A stretch of 64,000 nt of DNA. It comes from Eledone cirrhosa. Taxonomy: Eukaryota. Shown piece by piece: positions 50,001 through 61,400 of the stretch. Numbering within the stretch: position 1 is the first letter of the stretch; each line of letters starts with the position of its first letter. A model generated the notes under the pieces. It was given only the letters and a program-made list of their open reading frames with translations, searched no databases and had not been told where the DNA came from. Position numbers and translations under genes: made by a program. Where the stretch lies: the NCBI GenBank assembly GCA_964016885.1, contig OZ024743.1, positions 56,606,001-56,670,000 of the forward strand, read 5' to 3'.

Positions 50001-53000
50001 CCAGTGTTGTGTCATTGAGCAAGTCACTTTATTCCATGTTGCCCCAGTGTTGTGTCATTGAGCAAGTCACTTTATTCCATGTTGCCCCTGTGTTGTGTCA
50101 TTGAGCAAGTCACTTTATTCCATATTGCCCCAGTGTTGTGTCATTGAGCAAGTCACTTTATTCCATATTGCCCCAGTGTTGTGTCATTGAGCAAGTCACT
50201 TTATTCCATGTTGCCCCTGTGTTGTGTCATTGAGCAAGTCACTTTATTCCATGTTGCCCCAGTGTTGTGTCATTGACCAAGTCACTTTATTCCATGTTGC
50301 CCCAGTGTTGTGTCATTGAGCAAGTCACTTTATTCCATGTTGCCCCTGTGTTGTGTCATTGAGCAAGTCACTTTATTCCATATTGCCCCAGTGTTGTGTC
50401 ATTGAGCAAGTCACTTTATTCCATATTGCCCCAGTGTTGTGTCATTGAGCAAGTCACTTTATTCCATATTGCCCCAGTGTTGTGTCATTGAGCAAGTCAC
50501 TTTATTCCATGTTGCCCCTGTGTTGTGTCATTGAGCAAGTCACTTTATTCCATATTGCCCCAGTGTTGTGTCATTGAGCAAGTCACTTTATTCCATATTG
50601 CCCCAGTGTTGTGTCATTGAGCAAGTCACTTTATTCCATATTGCTCCAGTGTTGTGTCATTGAGCAAGTCACTTTATTCCATATTGCCACAGTGTTGTGT
50701 CATTGAGCAAGTCACTTTATTCCATATTGCTCCAGTGTTGTGTCATTGAGCAAGTCACTTTATTCCATATTGCCCCAGTGTTGTGTCATTGAGCAAGTCA
50801 CTTTATTCCATATTGCTCCAGTGTTGTGTCATTGAGCAAGTCACTTTATTCCATATTGCCCCAGTGTTGTGTCATTGAGCAAGTCACTTTATTCCATATT
50901 GCTCCAGTGTTGTGTCATTGAGCAAGTCACTTTATTCCATATTGCTCCAGTGTTGTGTCATTGAGCAAGTCACTTTATTCCATATTGCCCCAGTGTTGTG
51001 TCATTGAGCAAGTCACTTTATTCCATATTGCCCCAGTGTTGTGTCATTGAGCAAGTCACTTTATTCCATGTTGCCCCTGTGTTGTGTCATTGAGCAAGTC
51101 ACTTTATTCCATGTTGCCCCTGTGTTGTGTCATTGAGCAAGTCACTTTATTCCATATTGCTCCAGTGTTGTGTCATTGAGCAAGTCACTTTATTCCATGT
51201 TGCCCCTGTGTTGTGTCATTGAGCAAGTCACTTTATTCCATATTGCTCCTGTGTTGTGTCACTGAGCAAGTCACTTTATTCCATATTGCTCCTGTGTTGT
51301 GTCATTGAGCAAGTCACTTTATTCCATATTGCCCCAGTGTTGTGTCATTGAGCAAGTCACTTTATTCCATGTTGCCCCAGTGTTGTGTCATTGAGCAAGT
51401 CACTTTATTCCATGTTGCCCCAGTGTTGTGTCATTGAGCAAGTCACTTTATTCCATGTTGCCCCTGTGTTGTGTCATTGAGCAAGTCACTTTATTCCATA
51501 TTGCCCCAGTGTTGTGTCATTGAGCAAGTCACTTTATTCCATATTGCCCCAGTGTTGTGTCATTGAGCAAGTCACTTTATTCCATGTTGCCCCAGTGTTG
51601 TGTCATTGAGCAAGTCACTTTATTCCATGTTGCCCCTGTGTTGTGTCATTGAGCAAGTCACTTTATTCCATGTTGCCCCAGTGTTGTGTCATTGAGCAAG
51701 TCACTTTATTCCATGTTGCCCCTGTGTTGTGTCATTGAGCAAGTCACTTTATTCCATGTTGCCCCTGTGTTGTGTCATTGAGCAAGTCACTTTATTCCAT
51801 GTTGCCCCAGTGTTGTGTCATTGAGCAAGTCACTTTATTCCATATTGCCCCAGTGTTGTGTCATTGAGCAAGTCACTTTATTCCATGTTGCCCCAGTGTT
51901 GTGTCATTGAGCAAGTCACTTTATTCCATGTTGCCCCTGTGTTGTGTCATTGAGCAAGTCACTTTATTCCATGTTGCCCCTGTGTTGTGTCATTGAGCAA
52001 GTCACTTTATTCCATGTTGCCCCAGTGTTGTGTCATTGAGCAAGTCACTTTATTCCATGTTGCCCCAGTGTTGTGTCATTGAGCAAGTCACTTTATTCCA
52101 TGTTGCCCCTGTGTTGTGTCATTGAGCAAGTCACTTTATTCCATGTTGCCCCTGTGTTGTGTCATTGAGCAAGTCACTTTATTCCATGTTGCCCCAGTGT
52201 TGTGTCATTGAGCAAGTCACTTTATTCCATATTGCCCCAGTGTTGTGTCATTGAGCAAGTCACTTTATTCCATGTTGCTCCTGTGTTGTGTCATTGAGCA
52301 AGTCACTTTATTCCATGTTGCCCCAGTATTGTGTCATTGAGCAAGTCACTTTATTCCATGTTGCCCCAGTGTTGTGTCATTGAGCAAGTCACTTTATTCC
52401 ATATTGCTCCTGTGTTGTGTCATTGAGCAAGTCACTTTATTCCATGTTGCTCCAGTGTTGTGTCATTGAGCAAGTCACTTTATTCCATATTGCTCCTGTG
52501 TTGTGTCATTGAGCAAGTCACTTTATTCCATATTGCTCCTGTGTTGTGTCATTGAGCAAGTCACTTTATTCCATATTGCTCCAGTGTTGTGTCATTGAGC
52601 AAGTCACTTTATTCCATATTGCCCCTGTGTTGTGTCATTGAGCAAGTCACTTTATTCCATGTTGCCCCTGTGTTGTGTCATTGAGCAAGTCACTTTATTC
52701 CATATTGCCCCTGTGTTGTGTCATTGAGCAAGTCACTTTATTCCATATTGCCCCTGTGTTGTGTCATTGAGCAAGTCACTTTATTCCATGTTGGCCCTGT
52801 GTTGTGTCATTGAGCAAGTCACTTTATTCCATATTGCCCCAGTGTTGTGTCATTGAGCAAGTCACTTTATTCAATATTGCCCCAGTGTTGTGTCATTGAG
52901 CAAGTCACTTTATTCCATGTTGCTCCAGTGTTGTGTCATTGAGCAGGTCACTTTATTCCATGTTGCCCCAGTGTTGTGTCATTGAGCAAGTCACTTTATT

Positions 53001-56000
53001 CCATGTTGCCCCAGTGTTGTGTCATTGAGCAAGTCACTTTATTCCATGTTGCCCCAGTGTTGTGTCATTGAGCAAGTCACTTTATTCCATATTGCTCCAG
53101 TGTTGTGTCATTGAGCAAGTCACTTTATTCCATATTGCTCCAGTTTTGTGTCATTGAGCAAGTCACTTTATTCCATATTGCCCCAGTGTTGTGTCATTGA
53201 GCAAGTCACTTTATTCCATATTGCTCCAGTGTTGTGTCATTGAGCAAGTCACTTTATTCCATATTGCCCCAGTGTTGTGTCATTGAGCAAGTCACTTTAT
53301 TCCATATTGCTCCAGTGTTGTGTCATTGAGCAAGTCACTTTATTCCATATTGCTCCAGTGTTGTGTCATTGAGCAAGTCACTTTATTCCATATTGCCCCA
53401 GTGTTGTGTCATTGAGCAAGTCACTTTATTCCATATTGCCCCAGTGTTGTGTCATTGAGCAAGTCACTTTATTCCATGTTGCCCCTGTGTTGTGTCATTG
53501 AGCAAGTCACTTTATTCCATGTTGCCCCTGTGTTGTGTCATTGAGCAAGTCACTTTATTCCATATTGCTCCAGTGTTGTGTCATTGAGCAAGTCACTTTA
53601 TTCCATGTTGCCCCTGTGTTGTGTCATTGAGCAAGTCACTTTATTCCATATTGCTCCTGTGTTGTGTCACTGAGCAAGTCACTTTATTCCATATTGCTCC
53701 TGTGTTGTGTCATTGAGCAAGTCACTTTATTCCATATTGCCCCAGTGTTGTGTCATTGAGCAAGTCACTTTATTCCATATTGCCCCAGTGTTGTGTCATT
53801 GAGCAAGTCACTTTATTCCATGTTGCCCCTGTGTTGTGTCATTGAGCAAGTCACTTTATTCCATATTGCTCCTGTGTTGTGTCATTGAGCAAGTCACTTT
53901 ATTCCATGTTGCCCCAGTGTTGTGTCATTGAGCAAGTCACTTTATTCCATGTTGCCCCAGTGTTGTGTCATTGAGCAAGTCACTTTATTCCATGTTGCCC
54001 CTGTGTTGTGTCATTGAGCAAGTCACTTTATTCCATATTGCCCCAGTGTTGTGTCATTGAGCAAGTCACTTTATTCCATGTTGCCCCAGTGTTGTGTCAT
54101 TGAGCAAGTCACTTTATTCCATGTTGCCCCTGTGTTGTGTCATTGAGCAAGTCACTTTATTCCATGTTGCCCCTGTGTTGTGTCATTGAGCAAGTCACTT
54201 TATTCCATGTTGCCCCAGTGTTGTGTCATTGAGCAAGTCACTTTATTCCATGTTGCCCCAGTGTTGTGTCATTGAGCAAGTCACTTTATTCCATGTTGCC
54301 CCTGTGTTGTGTCATTGAGCAAGTCACTTTATTCCATGTTGCCCCTGTGTTGTGTCATTGAGCAAGTCACTTTATTCCATGTTGCCTCAGTGTTGTGTCA
54401 TTGAGCAAGTCACTTTATTCCATATTGCCCCAGTGTTGTGTCATTGAGCAAGTCACTTTATTCCATGTTGCTCCTGTGTTGTGTCATTGAGCAAGTCACT
54501 TTATTCCATGTTGCCCCAGTATTGTGTCATTGAGCAAGTCACTTTATTCCATGTTGCCCCAGTGTTGTGTCATTGAGCAAGTCACTTTATTCCATGTTGC
54601 TCCAGTGTTGTGTCATTGAGCAAGTCACTTTATTCCATGTTGCCCCTGTGTTGTGTCATTGAGCAAGTCACTTTATTCCATGTTGCCCCTGTGTTGTGTC
54701 ATTGAGCAAGTCACTTTATTCCATGTTGCCCCAGTGTTGTGTCATTGAGCAAGTCACTTTATTCCATGTTGCCCCTGTGTTGTGTCATTGAGCAAGTCAC
54801 TTTATTCCATGTTGCCCCAGTGTTGTGTCATTGAGCAAGTCACTTTCTTCCATGTTGCCCCTGTGTTGTGTCATTGAGCAAGTCATTTTATTCCATATTT
54901 CCCCAGTGTTGTGTCATTGAGCAAGTCACTTTATTCCATATTGCCCCAGTGTTGTGTCATTGAGCAAGTCATTTTATTCCATATTGCCCCTGTGTTGTGT
55001 CATTGAGCAAGTCATTTTATTCCATATTTCCCCAGTGTTGTGTCATTGAGCAAGTCATTTTATTCCATATTTCCCCAGTGTTGTGTCATTGAGTAAGTCA
55101 CTTTATTCCATATTGCCCCTGTGTTGTGTCATTGAGCAAGTCACTTTATTCCATATTTCCCCAGTGTTGTGTCATTGAGCAAGTCACTTTATTCCATATT
55201 GCTCCAGTGTTGTGTCATTGAGCAAGTCATTTTATTCCATATTGCCCCAGTGTTGTGTCATTGAGCAAGTCACTTTATTCTATGTTGCCCCTGTGTTGTG
55301 TCATTGAGCAAGTCACTTTATTCCATATTGCCCCTGTGTTGTGTCATTGAGCAAGTCACTTTATTCCATATTGCCCCAGTGTTGTGTCATTGAGCAAGTC
55401 ACTTTATTCCATATTGCTCCTGTGTTGTGTCATTGAGCAAGTCACTTTATTCCAGATTGCCCCAGTGTTGTGTCATTGAGCAAGTCACTTTATTCCATGT
55501 TGCCCCTGTGTTGTGTCATTGAGCAAGTCACTTTATTCCATGTTGCCCCAGTGTTGTGTCATTGAGCAAGTCACTTTATTCCATATTGCCCTGTGTTGTG
55601 TCATTGAGCAAGTCACTTTATTCCATATTGCCCCTGTGTTGTGTCATTGAGCAAGTCACTTTATTCCATATTGCCCCAGTGTTGTGTCATTGAGCAAGTC
55701 ACTTTATTCCATATTGCTCCTGTGTTGTGTCATTGAGCAAGTCACTTTATTCCATATTGCCCCAGTGTTGTGTCATTGAGCAAGTCACTTTATTCCATGT
55801 TGCCCCTGTGTTGTGTCATTGAGCAAGTCACTTTATTCCATGTTGCCCCAGTGTTGTGTCATTGAGCAAGTCACTTTATTCCATATTGCCCTGTGTTGTG
55901 TCATTGAGCAAGTCACTTTATTCCATATAGCCCCTGTGTTGTGTCATTGAGCAAGTCACTTTATTCCATGTTGCCCCTGTGTTGTGTCATTGAGCAAGTC

Positions 56001-58490
56001 ACTTTATTCCATGTTGCCCCTGTGTTGTGTCATTGAGCAAGTCACTTTATTCCATATTGCTCCAGTGTTGTGTCATTGAGCAAGTCACTTTATTCCATGT
56101 TGCCCCTGTGTTGTGTCATTGAGCAAGTCACTTTATTCCATATTGCTCCTGTGTTGTGTCATTGAGCAATCACTTTATTCCATATTGCTCCTGTGTTGTG
56201 TCATTGAGCAAGTCACTTTATTCCATATTGCCCCAGTGTTGTGTCATTGAGCAAGTCACTTTATTCCATGTTGCCCCTGTGTTGTGTCATTGAGCAAGTC
56301 ACTTTATTCCATATTGCCCCAGTGTTGTGTCATTGAGCAAGTCACTTTATTCCATGTTGCCCCTGTGTTGTGTCATTGAGCAAGTCACTTTATTCCATAT
56401 TGCCCCAGTGTTGTGTCATTGAGGAAGTCACTTTATTCCATATTGCCCCAGTGTTGTGTCATTGAGCAAGTCACTTTATTCCATATTGCTCCAGTGTTGT
56501 GTCATTGAGCAAGTCACTTTATTCCATATTGCTCCAGTGTTTGGTCATTGAGCAAGTCACTTTATTCCATATTGCTCCTGTGTTGTGTCATTGAGCAAGT
56601 CACTTTATTCCATATTGCTCCTGTGTTGTGTCATTGAGCAAGTCACTTTATTCCATGTTGCTCCAGTGTTGTGTCATTGAGCAAGTCACTTTATTCCATA
56701 TTGCTCCTGTGTTGTGTCATTGAGCAAGTCACTTTATTCCATATTGCTCCTGTGTTGTGTCATTGAGCAAGTCACTTTATTCCATATTGCTCCAGTGTTG
56801 TGTCATTGAGCAAGTCACTTTATTCCATATTGCCCCTGTGTTGTGTCATTGAGCAAGTCACTTTATTCCATGTTGCCCCTGTGTTGTGTCATTGAGCAAG
56901 TCACTTTATTCCATATTGCTCCTGTGTTGTGTCATTGAGCAAGTCACTTTATTACATGTTGCACCAGTGTTGTGTCATTGAGCAAGTCACTTTATTCCAT
57001 ATTGCCCCTGTGTTGTGTCATTGAGCAAGTCACTTTATTCCATATAGCCCCTGTGTTGTGTCATTGAGCAAGTCACTTTATTCCATGTTGGCCCTGTGTT
57101 GTGTCATTGAGCAAGTCACTTTATTCCATATTGCCCCAGTGTTGTGTCATTGAGCAAGTCACTTTATTCCATATTGCCCCAGTGTTGTGTCATTGAGCAA
57201 GTCACTTTATTCCATGTTGCTCCAGTGTTGTGTCATTGAGCAAGTCACTTTATTCCATGTTGCCCCAGTGTTGTGTCATTGAGCAAGTCACTTTATTCCA
57301 TGTTGCCCCAGTGTTGTGTCATTGAGCAAGTCACTTTATTCCATGTTGCCCCAGTGTTGTGTCATTGAGCAAGTCACTTTATTCCATATTACTCCAGTGT
57401 TGTGTCATTGAGCAAGTCACTTTATTCCATATTGCTCCAGTGTTGTGTCATTGAGCAAGTCACTTTATTCCATATTGCCCCAGTGTTGTGTCATTGAGCA
57501 AGTCACTTTATTCCATATTGCTCCAGTGTTGTGTCATTGAGCAAGTCACTTTATTCCATATTGCCCCAGTGTTGTGTCATTGAGCAAGTCACTTTATTCC
57601 ATATTGCTCCAGTGTTGTGTCATTGAGCAAGTCACTTTATTCCATATTGCCCCAGTGTTGTGTCATTGAGCAAGTCACTTTATTCCATATTGCTCCAGTG
57701 TTGTGTCATTGAGCAAGTCACTTTATTCCATATTGCCCCAGTGTTGTGTCATTGAGCAAGTCACTTTATTCCATATTGCTCCAGTGTTGTGTCATTGAGC
57801 AAGTCACTTTATTCCATATTGCTCCAGTGTTGTGTCATTGAGCAAGTCACTTTATTCCATATTGCCCCAGTGTTGTGTCATTGAGCAAGTCACTTTATTC
57901 CATATTGCCCCAGTGTTGTGTCATTGAGCAAGTCACTTTATTCCATGTTGCTCCAGTGTTGTGTCATTGAGCAAGTCACTTTATTCCATGTTGCCCCAGT
58001 GTTGTGTCATTGAGCAAGTCACTTTATTCCATGTTGCCCCTGTGTTGTGTCATTGAGCAAGTCACTTTATTCCATATTGCCCCAGTGTTGTGTCATTGAG
58101 CAAGTCACTTTATTCCATATTGCCCCAGTGTTGTGTCATTGAGCAAGTCACTTTATTCCATGTTGCCCCTGTGTTGTGTCATTGAGCAAGTCACTTTATT
58201 CCATGTTGCCCCAGTGTTGTGTCATTGACCAAGTCACTTTATTCCATGTTGCCCCAGTGTTGTGTCATTGAGCAAGTCACTTTATTCCATGTTGCCCCTG
58301 TGTTGTGTCATTGAGCAAGTCACTTTATTCCATATTGCCCCAGTGTTGTGTCATTGAGCAAGTCACTTTATTCCATATTGCCCCAGTGTTGTGTCATTGA
58401 GCAAGTCACTTTATTCCATATTGCCCCAGTGTTGTGTCATTGAGCAAGTCACTTTATTCCATGTTGCCCCTGTGTTGTGTCATTGAGCAA
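32050..58490 (+). repeat. Higher-order repeat, 7,952 bp (185 monomers minus three 1-bp deletions), ~3.3 copies; boundaries approximate
   Basis: Exact 7,952 spacing of rare variants: GACCAAG 34371/42323/50275/58227; TTCAAT 36969/44921/52873; TTTCTTCC 38943/46895/54847; TTCTATG 39377/47329/55281; GTTTGGTC units 40633/48585/56537. Confidence 0.93.
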
Positions 58491-61400
58491 GTCACTTTAT
58501 TCCATATTGCTCCTGTGTTGTGTCATTGAGCAAGTCACTTTATTCCATGTTGCCCCAGTGTTGTGTCATTGAGCAAGTCACTTTATTCCATGTTGCCCCA
58601 GTGTTGTGTCATTGAGCAAGTCACTTTATTCCATGTTGCCCCTGTGTTGTGTCATTGAGCAAGTCACTTTATTCCATATTGCCCCAGTGTTGTGTCATAG
58701 AGCAAGTCACTTTATTCCATATTGCCCCAGTGTTGTGTCATTGAGCAAGTCACTTTATTCCATGTTGCCCCTGTGTTGTGACTTTGAGCAAGTCACTTTA
58801 TTCCATGTTGCCCCTGTGTTGTGTCATTGAGCAAGTCACTTTATTCCATGTTGCCCCAGTGTTGTGTCATTGAGCAAGTCACTTTATTCCATGTTGCCCC
58901 TGTGTTGTGTCATTGAGCAAGTCACTTTATTCCATGTTGCCCCTGTGTTGTGTCATTGAGCAAGTCACTTTATTCCATGTTGCCCCAGTGTTGTGTCATT
59001 GAGCAAGTCACTTTATTCCATGTTGCCCCTGTGTTGTGTCATTGAGCATGTCACTTTATTCCATGTTGCCCCTGTGTTGTGTCATTGAGCAAGTCACTTT
59101 ATTCCATGTTGCCCCAGTGTTGTGTCATTGAGCAAGTCACTTTATTCCATATTGCCCCAGTGTTGTGTCATTGAGCAAGTCACTTTATTCCATGTTGCCC
59201 CAGTGTTGTGTCATTGAGCAAGTCACTTTATTCCATGTTGCCCCTGTGTTGTGTCATTGAGCAAGTCACTTTATTCCATGTTGCCCCTGTGTTGTGTCAT
59301 TGAGCAAGTCACTTTATTCCATGTTGCCCCAGTGTTGTGTCATTGAGCAAGTCACTTTATTCCATGTTGCCCCAGTGTTGTGTCATTGAGCAAGTCACTT
59401 TATTCCATGTTCCCCCAGTGTTGTGTCATTGAGCAAGTCACTTTATTCCATGTTGCCCCTGTGTTGTGTCATTGAGCAAGTCACTTTATTCCATGTTGCC
59501 CCAGTGTTGTGTCATTGAGCAAGTCACTTTATTCCATATTGCCCCAGTGTTGTGTCATTGAGCAAGTCACTTTATTCCATGTTGCTCCTGTGTTGTGTCA
59601 TTGAGCAAGTCACTTTATTCCATGTTGCCCCAGGATTGTGTCATTGAGCAAGTCACTTTATTCCATGTTGCCCCAGTGTTGTGTCATTGAGCAAGTCACT
59701 TTATTCCATGTTGCTCCAGTGTTGTGTCATTGAGCAAGTCACTTTATTCCATGTTGCCCCTGTGTTGTGTCATTGAGCAAGTCACTTTATTCCATGTTGC
59801 CCCAGTGTTGTGTCATTGAGCAAGTCACTTTATTCCATGTTGCCCCTGTGTTGTGTCATTGAGCAAGTCACTTTATTCCATGTTGCCCCAGTGTTGTGTC
59901 ATTGAGCAAGTCACTTTATTCCATGTTGCCCCTGTGTTGTGTCATTGAGCAAGTCACTTTATTCCATGTTGCCCCAGTGTTGTGTCATTGAGCAAGTCAC
60001 TTTATTCCATGTTGCCCCTGTGTTGTGTCATTGAGCAAGTCACTTTATTCCATGTTGCCCCAGTGTTGTGTCATTGAGCAAGTCACTTTATTCCATGTTG
60101 CCCCTGTGTTGTGTCATTGAGCAAGTCACTTTATTCCATGTTGCCCCTGTGTTGTGTCATTGAGCAAGTCACTTTATTCCATGTTGCCCCTGTGTTGTGT
60201 CATTGAGCAAGTCACTTTATTCCATGTTGCCCCCACTTTATTCCATATTGCCCCAGTGTTGTGTCATTGAGCAAGTCACTTTATTCCATATTGCTCCTGT
60301 GTTGTGTCATTGAGCAAGTCACTTTATTCCATATTGCTCCTGTGTTGTGTCATTGAGCAAGTCACTTTATTCCATGTTGCCCCTGTGTTGTGTCATTGAG
60401 CAAGTCACTTTATTCCATATTGCCCCAGTGTTGTGTCATTGAGCAAGTCACTTTATTCCATATTGCCCCAGTGTTGTGTCATTGAGCAAGTCACTTTATT
60501 CCATGTTGCCCCTGTGTTGTGTCATTGAGCAAGTCACTTTATTCCATATTGCCCCAGTGTTGTGTCATTGAGCAAGTCACTTTATTCCATGTTGCTCCTG
60601 TGTTGTGTCATTGAGCAAGTCACTTTATTCCATATTGCCCCAGTGTTGTGTCATTGAGCAAGTCACTTTATTCCATGTTGCTCCAGTGTTGTGTCATTGA
60701 GCAAGTCACTTTATTCCATGTTGCCCCAGTGTTGTGTCATTGAGCAAGTCACTTTATTCCATGTTGCCCCAGTGTTGTGTCATTGAGCAAGTCACTTTAT
60801 TCCATATTGCTCCTGTGTTGTGTCATTGAGCAAGTCACTTTATTCCATATTGCTCCTGTGTTGTGTCATTGAGCAAGTCACTTTATTCCATGTTGCCCCA
60901 GTGTTGTGTCATTGAGCAAGTCACTTTATTCCATATTGCTCCTGTGTTGTGTCATTGAGCAAGTCACTTTATTCCATATTGCCCCAGTGTTGTGGCATTG
61001 AGCAAGTCACTTTATTCCATATTGCCCCTGTGTTGTGTCATTGAGCAAGTCACTTTATTCCATGTTGCCCCAGTGTTGTGTCATTGAGCAAGTCACTTTA
61101 TTCCATATTGCTCCTGTGTTGTGTCATTGAGCAAGTCACTTTATTCCATATTGCCCCAGTGTTGTGTCATTGAGCAAGTCACTTTATTCCATGTTGCCCC
61201 AGTGTTGTGTCATTGAGCAAGTCACTTTATTCCATATTGCTCCTGTGTTGTGTCATTGAGCAAGTCACTTTATTCCATATTGCTCCTGTGTTGTGTCATT
61301 GAGCAAGTCACTTTATTCCATATTGCCCCAGTGTTGTGTCATTGAGCAAGACACTTTATTCCATATTGCTCCAGTGTTGTGTCATTGAGCAAGTCACTTT

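Noticed and set aside
58606-58830. 74-aa ORF within the satellite
   Set aside because: Same artefact; a point variant at 58699 (TGA to AGA) removes one stop.
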